Shown here: in pieces, positions 22,401-35,300 of the stretch
Layout: the number at the start of each line of letters is the position of its first letter
Numbering within the stretch: the first letter of the stretch is position 1
Origin: Vicugna vicugna
Lineage: Eukaryota
Assembly: GCA_013265495.1 (NCBI GenBank)
Contig: MU058289.1
Location: 2,167,451-2,231,450, forward strand
Length of the DNA stretch: 64,000 nucleotides
Direction: 5' to 3'
Notes under the pieces: generated by a model
Seen by the model: only the letters and a program-made list of their open reading frames with translations
Told to the model about the DNA's origin: nothing
The model's database searches: none
Position numbers and translations under genes: made by a program

Positions 22401-25400
22401 CTTGAGGTTTATTAGCAGTCTGGTGTGGCCAGGGCTTTAACGGCTCAAAGGATATAGTGCTTTATCCAGAAAAGCAATACCCAGGAACTCAGGAATTCAG
22501 CCTAACCAAGCATGTCAAGAAAAAAGGGGAATATTTGTTAATTGAATGTCATGTTATGTCCTCAGTTATGCCTAATACAAGATCGGCAACTCAGAATTCT
22601 CTATCATCCAATTAAAATGCTAATTATCTTGATAAGGCTGCTCTCGGGGAGAGTAAGTGGCTTCCCGCTGGCGCTGCCCCTCTCCTGCCCTGACCACCGC
22701 TGTCTTTGCACTGCTCTTGCCTCTGGTTGGCGGGTCCTTCCCTTCCAGGGCCTCTGCATCCCCCGGGGCCCCTCCCGGAGCACCAGCTCCTGCTTTCCAC
22801 CAGCCCAGCTGGGACTGTGGGCTGTTTGTCCTGCCAGACCGTCCTGGCTCAGTCTGGGCCCCGTGAGCAGATGTGAGGCCAGGACCGCAGGAGTAACACA
22901 ACATCCTCCACCAGTGGTCTTTCAGGAACATGAAGCCTGGCCCCACCGAGGCAGCTGCTGTTCCAGCCGTACTGCCGACAGACCTGAGGCTTTGAGGGTA
23001 TTGGGGTTCAGCATGGGCTCTAAACTCAAAGGGATTCTTTGGAGGGGGTCCCTGACCCCACCACACCACTGCCTTGACCCGCACTTTCCTCATCGGTGAA
23101 GGATTGTTGCAAACACCAAATACTGCAGGTGGCTGTTGGGGCTTCCTCACTGGCCGGGTCTGAGGGAGGTCCTGGGTGGGAAGGCGTGGCTGCCCCCAGT
23201 GTGGCCAGGGTTGCAGATGGTCCTGTGTCCCTGGTGGTGCTGCATCTGTGCAGGCTGGGCCATGAGGCTGTGCTATGAGCGCTGGTTTTATCAGTAATGC
23301 ACTTCTGGGTTTAGTACAAGGCTTTAAATCAGTCCCTTCTTGATGACAGACTGTGTGAATGCAACTTGCTTATTTAAAACCTGCTCAGAGCCTAGGTGGT
23401 GGCTCCCTGGCGTGCAGTGTGTCTCCCCCCCCACCCCTGGGGGCCTGAGTGAGGAAGGCGAGGGGGCAGCCCCCCAGTTCACCCCTGAGTCCCAATACCC
23501 CTCTCCCCAGAAGGCCCACACGCTCTGGCCCCTGCCCACCTTTATGACCTTGTGTCCTAGCTGCCTGCTCTCCTAGACCCTCTGCTCATCCAAGTGGCCT
23601 CCACCACCCTGCCCATCTTTCCTTCCACGCTCCTGTTGGTGGCTCAGCCACGTGGGAACCTGATATGTATCACGGCCCAACCTGAGAGGGGGACAGGGTG
23701 CTCAGTGTCACCCACAGCCCCTGCTGACCTCCCTGGCTGGCCCATCTGCCGATTCTCATCCTTGAACGGCTACCTTGGCAATCGCTGCTGCCTGGGGCAG
23801 CCCTTCTGCCGTTATCTTGGGCGGCTGATGCATTTTTCTGGGGCCGTGGCCATCTCGCCATCAGATGATAAACCTCAGAGGGCAGAAGCTGAGCCATGTG
23901 CCCTGGAAGGCTCCGTGGGCTGGATTTACAGGCCCCTGGGGTGGCCCAGTAGTATGGTCCCTGGAGAGATACCGTTGCAGTGGGATCTGGGCCTCGGAAT
24001 CTTCTGTCCCTGCCCTGTTCGTCATCTCCAGGCACTGACAAATGGGCCTGCCCCACTGTCACTGCAGGAACTCAATCCACATCGCTATTCACAGCACAGA
24101 CTCTCTCCCAGGTTACTTAAAGGTTCTCATCTACTCCTGGATAGAAAGCATTTTCTACCGTGTCTTGCAAGGGAGAAATTTATAGGCAAGGGTGTTAAAG
24201 GGATGGCCACGCGGGGGAGTTACGGGGACCGACACCAGGCTAGGGGCAAGGATGTGGGTGGACCCGGCCCTTCCCTCTGCTGGTCAGGGAACCCCTCCAG
24301 CTGCTGGGAGAGGCTGTGGGCCATGTGCCTAGTCGGGGTGCCCCCCACCCATCCTCCATCCAGGTGAGCAGGAGGGAGCAGGGGCGGGTAGGCCTAGCCT
24401 GACACTGGCAATGCATGTGAGAGTCAGACTGCAAGAGGCAGGGGAGATGCTCACACTGCTGCCCGCCTCCCCGTCTGCCATCCTCTTAGGGATAAATGGT
24501 CACTCCTAGCAGCTGTGTGTTGGTTCTTTGTAAAGTCTGCCTGTTCTGTTTTCATACTGTACTTTTAGGTGTTAATTTTCTTATATGGTTTATAGTCTCC
24601 ATCTGATGGTTCTGTTATCGGAAGTCCTTGGGGGTCTCAGCCCGCTGCTCGCTGTGTCTGACAGCTCTAATGGACTATTTCCAGGTTGTGAGTTCATCTT
24701 CAGTGTGTGGGGTGTGTATGTCTATGTGTATCTATACCCGTGTGTGTACCTGTGTGTGTGCGTGTGCCGGTGCACAGATGGTGGCTGTCCTGCCTGGATT
24801 GAGAGTGTGGCCGCCCAGTTTGGCTTTGTCAGTTTGGCTCCAGGTATCACCAGTCAGGGACCAAGTTTTCTGTTAATGTCCTGGCTGGCAGGTTTCCAAA
24901 CCATGCAGGCGGTTCACACTTGAACCTGAACCCCATGGACAGACCTATGCTGTGAATTCTGAGGGAATGTTTATTATTTTTTCCCAGAGCCCAAGAAAGC
25001 TTCCTGATTGCCTCTGATGCTGGCAAATTTTCTCCAAGTCCGTCCTTCCCCCGAGGGTGCATCCCTGCCCGGGCCCCAGCTTTGTGGGAGGAGAGGTCTC
25101 CGTTCTGGTCCCCTACCCCTGGCTTGCCCGAGGCCTCGTCGCTGCCCGCACATAGCAGTGCACGCCAAGGCCTCCGGGTTAACAAGACTGGTAGCTCCCT
25201 CTTCCCTTCTGGCCTCGCTTTCCTTCCTGACCTGCGGACGGGGCTCTGCTTGTTACATTTAATCAGCACCTCTGAGGGTTGGGGGTGAGACGGTTTCTGA
25301 CCGTGTACTCACGGGCCATCATCTCCTTGTGGCTGCAGAGTTGCTGATCGGTACCTCACAGCCGGACTTGGCCATAGATGCCTGTCGACAGCAGTTAGGC

Positions 25401-27998
25401 CCCTCCGGCTGTGTGTCTGCTGGGCCCTCACCTGGCTCACGGTTTGCCATGTTTTCTGTAAAGATCACACGAGGTCTTTATTAAGCGTCCTGCTGTTGCC
25501 GCCTGGTCTGTGAGCCCTCCAGTGGGAACGGGGTGGCTCTGCTGCCATCTGTCCTCCAGGTCCATTCTTGCCAAGCTCTGACCGGGCTGTGCAGGAGCCC
25601 CAGTTCAGCGCATCCTCACTCCCCCCCACCCCTTGAGAATCAGAAATAGTTTAGGCTCACATCTTGGCACAGACCCCTGGGCCACAGCACCTGCCTCAGA
25701 ATTTGGTCGCCTTTGGGTGTCCAGGACCCAGACCAGAGGTCCCAGGGAGAGGGTCCCCTGAGGCGTGTGAGCAGAAATGGGGCCCTTTGCGTCCACCTGT
25801 TAACACCACCAAAGCACCAGTTTGTCCTCACGTCATGTCAGACAAATTGATTTGAAACAAAATTAGGTGCTGAAGTCCAGCGTGAAGGACTTAAACCCAG
25901 GGAACGCGGATCTCCAGCACGTGGCGTCCCCTCCCCTTTCTAGCTCTTCCTCATCGGGGTGAGGGACTGTCCGCGTGGCCAGCAGAAGCCACCCAGTGCT
26001 GGGCTGTGGTTTGTAGGTGAAAACTGGGCCTTCCGTTCTTTAGTCCGGTGCTTCTGTAAGCCATGCTTTTTACTCTAAAAGGCTTTTTACTGAAATAGAA
26101 GCCAGGGTGTGCAATGAAGGCTGGTTCTATCCAGTAGCTTACAGGGCAGCTGAGACTGGCTGCGGGCGAGGCAAGCAACCCTGCCCTGTTTCCTCCGGCT
26201 GCTATAGAGTGTTCCCTTTCATTCCTCTGCTGCCCCCTGCCTGTCCCCAGTCCCAGCAGAGGACCACTGTCCCCATCACCTTTAGAATGGCTGTGTGGTC
26301 CCCTGAGGCCTGCTTCCATCCAGGCAGGGCTACTCGGGGAGCCCTGTGGCTCCGTGGGCTGCTATGTGGGGTCCTGGTGCCTGGGTGGGCAGTGTGTAGC
26401 TGTCTCAGGGCCCTGACTTGATCTGGCCATCCCATGGCCTCAGGGACTGAGGCCAAAGTTGGTGGCAGCCCCCCAAGTGCTCCTGCCATGAATACGGGGG
26501 CGGCTGATGAGGGGAGCGTGTGGCTTTCTTCGCCTCCCTGGCAGGTCCTGAAATCCTTTGTGTTGAGGAAATACTTCATTTACAGAGCTCCAATTATCCT
26601 GTGAGATTTGTAAAGCAAGTCTGAAAGCTGATGGAATATAGCAGAACCGTTCCTGCCTGACAGCTCCTTAATACCCAATCATAACAATTACATATAATTA
26701 GTGTTTACAGTGCCTGGAAGATTAGACTTCTCTCTGCACAGACATTCTCTAGAACAGGCCTAGAACACGTGGGGCAGGATTGCCACTTAATGTGCCCACG
26801 GGCGGCCTTGGTGTTCTGAGCACAACCCTGTGGTCAGTCTCCCCTGCCCTGGTGGTCGGTAGGTGGGGTGGGGTCCACCTGGGCCTGCTTCTCAGCCGGG
26901 GCCGCCCGGATGGCTGGGCCTGAGCTATTGCCCAGGTCTTGGGGAGGGGGTGAGGGCAGCCCCCCGCCCATTGCCCCCCTCCCCAGCTGGGTTCTGCAGA
27001 GGCTGGGCTCTTGGAGTGCCGAGTCCCCCGCTCAGACGATCTGTCCTCCACCCCCAGATCCTGGGGCGTATTGCAGGCGGGGGCGGGCAGGGTCCTGGCC
27101 TCTCCAGAGCTCTCGGCAGCATGGTCTCCCAAGGGATCAGCACTGCTGGTGTGGTGATGATGTGGTGGGGCTGGTCCACCAGCCCCTGCAGCATCTCCAG
27201 GATCTGCCCCAGGCCTCTGTCAAGGCTGGTTCACTCTCTGACCCTCATCACACTCCCGGGTTTGCCGGGCTTTGCCGCATCCTGGAGGCCTCCCCTGGCT
27301 CTGGCTCTGTCTGGGCTCAGCCTAGGGGCAGTCTACCGGCTGTCCACGCTGGGGTCTTGTCTTTCTCTCTCGACCTTGCTCCTGGCCTCCCCTGCTCAGG
27401 GTATGTTAGCGTGTCCAGGGAGCCAGCCAGTTTGCTGCTCATCCCAAGTAGGGGGAGGCCAGGCCTGTCCCCAGACCCTGACTCTCAGCTGCCTGGAGCC
27501 CACCCTGCCCTGCCCTGTCTGCGCGAGGGCCTGCCCCTCAATCCTGTTCTCCAGACCAGAGCCCAGCAGCTCCTGCTCTCCTTTCCCTGCGAATTGCTGC
27601 AGGGTCAGGCTCAGGGCCCCGGGTGAGTCCAGCACTGGGGCCGGGAGAGCCCACGTCCCTCCCTGGCTGTGCATCCAGCCCTCCTGCTGTGGTAGGATGT
27701 GGCCACTGGTGAAGGAGTCACAGGGAGACACTCCCTCCAGCCCTGCAGAAACAGGCGGCCTCTGCCCCTGCCCATCTCCCCACAGGGCCAGGCTGTCCCC
27801 CTAGTGGGCCTGAAAGGCGTGGCATTGGAAGTGCTGACCTCTGTGCTTCTGTGCCTGTGGCTGACCCTGCGCTCCAGGCCACCAGCCCCACAGACCCACG
27901 CTGGGGGGTCCAGTCTTCCTGCGGGCACAGCTGAGCAAGGTCTGGCTGAGGACGTGTCTCGGAGCAGGGGTGTGCATGCTCTGGTGACTCCGCCCTGA

Positions 27999-28088
<90 letters not shown>

Positions 28089-29212
28089 TAAGTGAGCCTC
28101 CTGGGCCACATGGGAACAATCGTGAGAGGATTCTGGGGGAAGGGGAGGGACCCCACCTTGGAGGAGCTGTATCTACAGGAGGCCACGCACGTGTGTGTGT
28201 GTGTGTGGCTATGTGGGGAACAGCACGGCTATGGGTGGGTCTAGGGCTCTGTGGTGGGGGGTGTCACTATAAGTGTGTGTGTGGCACATTGTGGCTGTAG
28301 GTGGGGGACTCTGTGTATGTCTGTGTGTCACCTGCCCTTGGCTGGGTGTGCTTGGAGGCACAGGGTAGAACTGACCATGAATATACGGGCAGCTCATGGC
28401 CGTGAGTGTGCACTGCTGTAGTCTCCAGAGGTGTGCAGAGCCATGAGTGTGTATCACTGTAGGTGTGTCTTTGAGGGACACGTCCTGGCTGTAGGGGGCC
28501 CCCTCGTCTCCCAAGCTCACCCCCATCTAGTCCCCTGTGCCCTCCCCGTGAGTCAGAGGGTCTGGCCTCTGCCCGACCAGGATGGAGCCGGCAGCTCTGG
28601 TGATACACACGTCCTTGGCACATGAATAATACATGTGAACCTCTCAGTCCTTGGCAACGTTCTTTTCTGGTGGATAGAGAGAAAAATCATTATTTCTACT
28701 TTTATGATTCCTGAGACTCCCGAACGGGGCCATAAATATTACACCCAGGTGGGTTTTTTCCCCCCTTTGGACAGACTTAAAAGTCCTTTTTTTCTTAAAG
28801 GCATCGCTCATTAGGGAAGCGCTCTCCAGCAGAGGAGCGAGGAGCCACTAGCTCGCTGGCCCTGGCCCTGGCCCTTGGGCCTCCATGGCAGTTTCTAGCA
28901 CAGTCCGGGCCCTTCCCAGAGGGCCTCCTCTCCCCCTTTAGCCACCAGGAGATAAGGGCTTCCTTGGAGTCCCTTTCCCAGGCCCACAGGCCCTTGCTCC
29001 CACGTCAGGCCCACATCCCCAGCCCCAGGGCACCTACCTGACCAGCATTCGGCCGAGGAAGCACCACAGGAGGCCCTGCCATGAGCCGAGAGGTTGGCCA
29101 CCAGCTGTGGCTGCCGGGTGGACGGTCCTGCCCGTGGGGCAGAGGGTTGGGGCACCAGCCCCGGGTCTGCTGGGTGAGGATGGGCTGTTGACTTCCCCCT
29201 GGTACTCCGCAG

Positions 29213-29290
29213 CGGTGAGAACTCGGCCGTGCTGCACTATGGACATGCCGGGGCCCCCAACGACCGGACCATCCAGGACGGAGACATGTG
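29213..29290 (+). CDS. PEPD: PEPD coding exon (human exon 11), 78 nt
   Basis: Acceptor ctccgcag|, donor TG|gtgagt. Translates [25 protein letters not shown](C), including substrate-binding His255. Confidence 0.97.
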
Positions 29291-30619
29291 GTGAGTGAGA
29301 CTCGCGCCCAAGCTGCCCTGGCTCTACATGTGAATGGCGGGGCCATGGCAGTACTCATCCCAAAGGTGACTGACCAGGGGCTCTTGGTCTCGCCCTGAGA
29401 AGGCTGACCACAGCGAGGTCCCCAGATCTGCTCTGGGCTCAGACTTGTCAGCCAAAGCTTTTGGCCTGCATGATGCCTCCTCTGCAGGGCCAAGGAGGCA
29501 CTGTGGGAGGGGAATGGGGGCCCCTGTGCTGTGGGGTGAGGCACAACCTCTGAGAAGGGCCTGCACGGGCGCCTAGCACGCACCACACTCCCAGATGCGC
29601 CCAGCACACATCTCTGTCTCAGCTCTGGGAGGGCAGGCACCTCGGTTTGGAGCAGGGAAGACCCCTAGGGAGCCTCCCGCCCACCGAACCTGCCAGCTTC
29701 AGCCGCAGGATGCCTCGGCATAAGTGGTCTTCAGTTCAGGAGGTCAGAGGTGGTGCTTGACCCTCAAGGCCCTTTGCAGGGCTTCCCTGAGCAGTGTGAT
29801 GCACTCACCGCTCCTCGTGGACCTGGGGCTAAGCAGGTATAGGCGGGACCCACAGCCTCCAACCCTCCGATGTTTGTTGTAGTCACACATCCTGCTGCCA
29901 GAGCCCCGGTGTGTAGGGCTCACACTGAGCACACGCCCCACCTCTTGGGTGGCCGCTCTGGCCTTGGCAGTGGCCTGTGGATGCCTCAGTGACGTGGGCC
30001 AGCCCTGTCCTTAGCTCGTGGGCACTCAGTACTCCCTGCCTGTCCTCTCCACCACCCAGGCATCCAGCAGGACCAGTCCTGGCTGCTGAGGGCTACTGAG
30101 AGCCACCCAGAGGCCACAGGCCCCACGGGGACCCCTGTCCTAGCCTGCAGACATCTTGTGGTGGTCACCGACCCACAGACAAGGGGCGGGTGGGGAGTGC
30201 ACACTGTCCCACCTGGTCCTTTGGTGCCTTTCCGTCCTCTTGCTGGGGCACCTGAGTCAGCTCCCCTTGGGCTGCTTCCGGCCAGTGCCACCTCCCCCTT
30301 GGGTCATATGTGCTGCCCCATTAGACTCAGTCCTCGAGCTGGAGCTCCCGTCACACCCGCACACTGTCCAGGACCCAGCCTCACGCAGGTGTAGCCCAGG
30401 CCTGCTGCAGGGAGCGAGGGCACCTGCGCCTGGGGGTCCCGGGCCCACAGCCATCAGCCGCCCTGTTCTGAGCTGTCACTGCTGAGTGCTTTCAGAAACC
30501 TGCCCAATCCCAGGTGCCCCTGCTTCAGGGCACGCCAAGCACCTGACTGGCTACAGCGTCCGCTCACCCAGGATCAGTAGCTGGATGGGATGTTCTGGCT
30601 TGGGCCACTGTTAGCTGGA

Positions 30620-30720
30620 GCCCAGCTTAGGCTTCCAGGAGGAAATGAAGCCACTTTGTTCCCTCTCTGGGCCTCAGTTTGTTTTTCTGTCAGTGGAAGT
30701 GGTGCCTGGCACTCAGCACC
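30620..30720 (+). mobile_element. MIR fragment
   Basis: ccctctctgggcctcagtttgtttttctgtcagtgg...gtgcctggcac. Confidence 0.55.
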
Positions 30721-32234
30721 GCATGGGGCAGCGGCAGGGATGCATCAGGACTGCAAGTGCTGGGTCGATATGCTCTCTTCTGGGGGCCTGGGCTGGCAGC
30801 ACGCAGAAAGGGACACCCAGAGTGTCCATAGAGGCCACTGCCGGTCACTGCAGCTCTCCCAGAGTGCCTAATGTCCTTCCTGGCCTGGGGCCAAAGGCAT
30901 GCAGCGACCTTGACAGGATTCTCCTCTGTGCCCGATGCCAGGATGTCTCTTTGCGTAGATTTGCTCACCCTGATCCCACGAGGTGGGTATCGCCCCCTTT
31001 CCTCACCCCTCCACATGTAGGCGAGCTCACTGAGACACATGAAGCATCCGGGCGCAGAGCCAGCAGGATCTGGGGAGAGGGTCATCTGCCTCAGATTTGC
31101 CTCAACTGGAGACTAAGGAAAGGAGGGGAGGGCCCTCCCCTTTGGGCCGTGACTGAGCCACTGGTGGCCCCAAAGGGAGGCCACCTAGTGTCTTTGGGGA
31201 CTCACCTCTTGGAACCTTACCTACCACTTTGACTCTGCAGCTCATTCTGGCTGGGCCAGGAGGACAGGTTGTGGGAACTCAGCACCCAGGCAAAGGCCGA
31301 GACCCAGCCACACCAGCAGGTCCCAGCTGTCCCTGCTGGAGGGCCCTGCGGCAGGCCCACGTGGCTCTGAGTCTTTCTTCTCTGAGTTCACACCCCAGAG
31401 GAAGTGGCTGCTTCTCTACTCCTCTTTATCTGTCCCAAGAGAGGCCTCACCCCATGAGAGGCTGGATCCAGCTGTGTTCTGGGGACCTTGAGGCAGTGGG
31501 GCCTGGCTGACCAGGGGCACCATGGTCAGGCCCCTACACGTCCAGATGCTGTGGCCTCAACCCTCCTGGGCCGCAGCATGACGTCTGCATCTCCTGGTTG
31601 CAGCTTTAGAGCAGGAGTGATCCTGGGAGTCTCACGGATGTTAATGCCAAGCCCAAATTGGTGATTTTATTTTTCTAGTGCTCACTTTGAAATGTAGCCA
31701 GCAGAATAATTATGAGTTTATTATAGTCAATTTATTATGCAGCATTTAGAACAACATGTTTTGTTGATTACTGCTCCTGCCAGATTGCTGGCGGCATTTA
31801 TAATCCATTGTTTTATTGAAATTGATCTGCCGAGCGCCTACTGTGTTCGGTAAATAATAAATCACTCTGTTATCCCAACATAAAAGTCACGATACTTCAT
31901 CATAAGTTATGAAACCAAAATAGGAGCGTAGTGCAGAATTTTTCCTGAAGCTGAGTGTCTCTCATAGCCAGGACTGCTTCCAGGTACCTGTCGGGGTGGT
32001 ATACTCTTGGTCCCAGTGCTTTGATGTCAGGTTAAAGTGCCCCAGAGATAGTTTGACACTTAGGAATGGGGTTGTTTGAGGGCCAGAGCTGGTCCAGGGC
32101 AGTCAGGCTCCACCGGAAAAGGTGGGGAATGGGTGCTGAGGGGCAGCCAGCCCTTCCCATCCCTCTCCCTTTGGTCCCAGATGTCCCCTAAACACAAAGG
32201 GTCTCTGGTTCAAGGCCCTGTCCTCTCCCCTCCC

Positions 32235-32365
32235 TAGCTGAGTGGCCACCCTCCCTGAGCCTCAGTTTCTTCATGCGTCACTGGAGATAAGAGAGCACCC
32301 AGTTCTGGGAGGATTCACTGATAATAAGGGCAAAACGTTGAGTGTGGAGCCTGGCACAGGTGGCC
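32235..32365 (+). mobile_element. MIR fragment
   Basis: ccctgagcctcagtttcttcatgcgtcactggagataag...ggaggattcactgataataag...gcctggcacag. Confidence 0.7.
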
Positions 32366-35300
32366 TTTGGTGGGAGAGAGCTGCAACACGGCGGCTCCCC
32401 AGCAGCCCTCATGTGCCCCCGAGGCCTGCCTTCAAGCAGCTGGTTCCAGGACAGAGACTGGTGGTGAGAGGCACTGGCAGAGCCAGGCCTAGTTTATTCA
32501 CAGACAGCTCTCAGGTCACATGGTCGGCCTGCTCTGTGTTTCCAGCCCCCAAACTGTCCTCGGGTGTTTGAAGCTGGCCAGGCCCACCTTCCACACCTCT
32601 GTTCTTCCAATACCAGGAGCTTCCCAGGAGCTGGGCCAGGAAATCGGGGCCTAGAAGTTAGATGTGGTTCTTACTCCACGTCAGACTCATCACCCAAGTG
32701 CTGAAAAGAGTATTTTGAGGACCTGGCACCACACCAGACCCTCGGGCCTCTCCCCATCTCTCTTGGCTGGATGCTGCCCCACTTGCTCCCCATGGACCCC
32801 CAGGTGGGGAACTGGACTTTGATGTGGCCTCAGGTCCCCGCTGCCCTTTCTCTTGGCGGGTTCAGAGGCACAGGGTCCCTCATGAGGCCTCTCGGGGCTA
32901 TGCTGTTGCCTCTGAGAGCCCTTTTTTCTGTGGCCCTCGGGGTTCACCAGAAACCCCATCAGCCAGTCACTGTCCTAGAGAAGCCATTAGTTGCTTTTTG
33001 TTCTCGTTTTAAGGCAAGCAGGCAGACCTTCTGAAACAGTGTTACAGAAGGGTGGAGAAGGGTGGCGCACTTCTTGTGAATGCTCTTCCCGTGCCCACAC
33101 AAGGGACGGTGTCTAAAGTCCTTGGAGGCCCTTTCTGGATGGGAGCCCCAGGAACGCCCCCCCCCCCCGCCATGCAATCAACCCTGACCTGGTGGGTGTG
33201 AGCACAGGTGTGGACAGACTTACCACCCCCACCCTGATCGGCCTCTGAGCCCTTGTGCACTGCCCTGTCCTCCCAGTCTGGGCTTTGGAAACCAGTCTCC
33301 AAGGTGGGTAGAGGCTCTAAGGGCTGATGCACTGCCCATGGACCACCAGGGAGCGCCACTGGTGTCTTAAGTCCAGCCAGAAGGAGTGCACCCAGAGTTG
33401 GACCCACTCTTGAGCTGAACTCCCCGTCTCCCTTGGGTCCAGTGGTAGGCTCACCCTGGGGGGTAGGGGTGGGGAGGGTCCAGGCTGTGCCTTCAGTGGA
33501 CTCTTACTTGGAAAACAGCGGGGACACCCCTCCTCACCTGCCACTTCCTCCTTCTCCCACCATCTGATCAGGTGGCAGGGGAAGTGGTTCCTAGGGTAGG
33601 GTACCCTGGGGCCCCTCTCAGAACCTTCTAGATGCCCTAGGCTAAGGATGCTCAGGCCTGGGTTGCCCAGCTGCAGAGAGGATGTGGCTGGCGGGTGGCA
33701 AGCCAGACCTCCCAGCACTGGCCAGAAGAGGGCAGTGTTGCCTCAGGACGTGCCTGCCAGGCTCCTCCCTGCTGGCAGTGGTCCCTGTGTCCCGGGGCAT
33801 GGGAGCGGGACGGCCAGCCCAGCTAGTCAGGGAGAGGCCTGTCCCAGCCCCACGCTAAGCAGCCAGCCAGTGTCATCTCCTCTCCTTCCCTGTCGGGGGA
33901 CTAGGGCCCCTTCTGTCTCCTTGCCCTGATAATGGTCAGCCTGAAGCCGTGGCCTTGCCCTGCTGACCGGCGGAGGGCGGACACTGCTCACGTGGACCAA
34001 AAAGCCCAGAGAAATGAGGGATTTCCTCCCAGGGAAGCCCCAGGAGGCACACAGCGTTGCTGGCGTGTGGATGCTACATGCTCCCTGATTCGAGGTGTCG
34101 TCAGGCCCTCCTGCAAGGCTGCCCGAGCCACCCCGTCCTTTCCTCCCACAGATAAGGAGATGGGCCCGTGAGGGGTCACGCCTGAGCAGGCTCTCTCCCC
34201 ACCTGGCCACCCTTTTCCTGCCACCGGCAGTGTTACCAGCCAGCTCCTTCCTGCTCTGGTCTCGTGTTAGTTCCCTGTTAATTCCACAGGTTTGCTGTGG
34301 ACTAGACGTTAGTTTAAACTGCTGGGGAAGCTCGCCCCTCCGTCCTGGGCCCCTGTGCCTCGGGGAGCAGCGTGTGTCTCCTCACAGACATCCCGCTCTG
34401 ACCCCTGCAGGCTGTGGGATGCCGGCTGCTCACCCAGGGCCTGGGCAGCCCTCTTGGCATCTTAGGCTCCGCGGGCTGGGATGGGACGACCTGCCGGCTC
34501 CTGGCTCCTCCTTGGTCTGATGTCTGTCTGGCATCTGTGTGCTGCTGCCCCGTGGGGGGGCAAGTCTGTGCCTGGGGCTCCTCCCCAGCTGGCAGAGGGG
34601 CTGCCCTGAGGCCTTAGTCAGCTTTAGAGAGTGAGTGTCACCTCCAGGCCCGACTCCCTGATGTCAGGCCCAGCCCACACTTCACCCGCTCTCCAACCTT
34701 GCTGTGTCCTCAGAGGACACCTCAGCTGTCACCAGCCAGCCCCATCCTGAAGATTTGATGGTCTTAAGTACATGCCCCAGTCCTAGGGGCAGGAGAACCC
34801 TCAGGAGGGCACTGGCCCTGGTCAGCCGCCTGTCCAGACCCGTGGCCGTGGCCTTCAACCTGCCGCACAGGATGAAGCGCCCCTTACAGTCTAACCCAGC
34901 AGCCTGCACGTAGATACACCTAGAGGATAACCAGGCACCCTCACCTTGGGGTTTCTGGCCGTCCTGTTTCATCTGTTTGTGCCCCTCCCCCGCACCCCAC
35001 GCGTTTGACGTCACAACCCACAGTGTGAAAGCACCAGAGCAGACAGCCCGCGTGCTCACAGACACCACGGGACACTGCTTACCCCAAAAGTGGAACGAGT
35101 CATGTGCTGTGCGCGTGACGCCGACTCACTGCCTCCCCCGCGGAGGCCGCTGCCCCGACACCCAGCCCTCGCCCCACTGCGCTGTGGCGGCAGCAAGCCC
35201 CGGGGTGAGTGGCTGCCATGTCCCATCCCCAGATCAGGCCGGGTCCCGCGTCGTGTCCTTCCCGGGGACGTGGCCCACACTGGTGTTCTGCTTCTCCACA

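Noticed and set aside
26863-27804. 313-aa + strand ORF, the longest plus-strand ORF in the track
   Set aside because: Pro/Ser/Leu/Gly-rich with no recognisable domain, overlapped by similar ORFs in other frames, and lying in GC-rich intron where stop codons are scarce.
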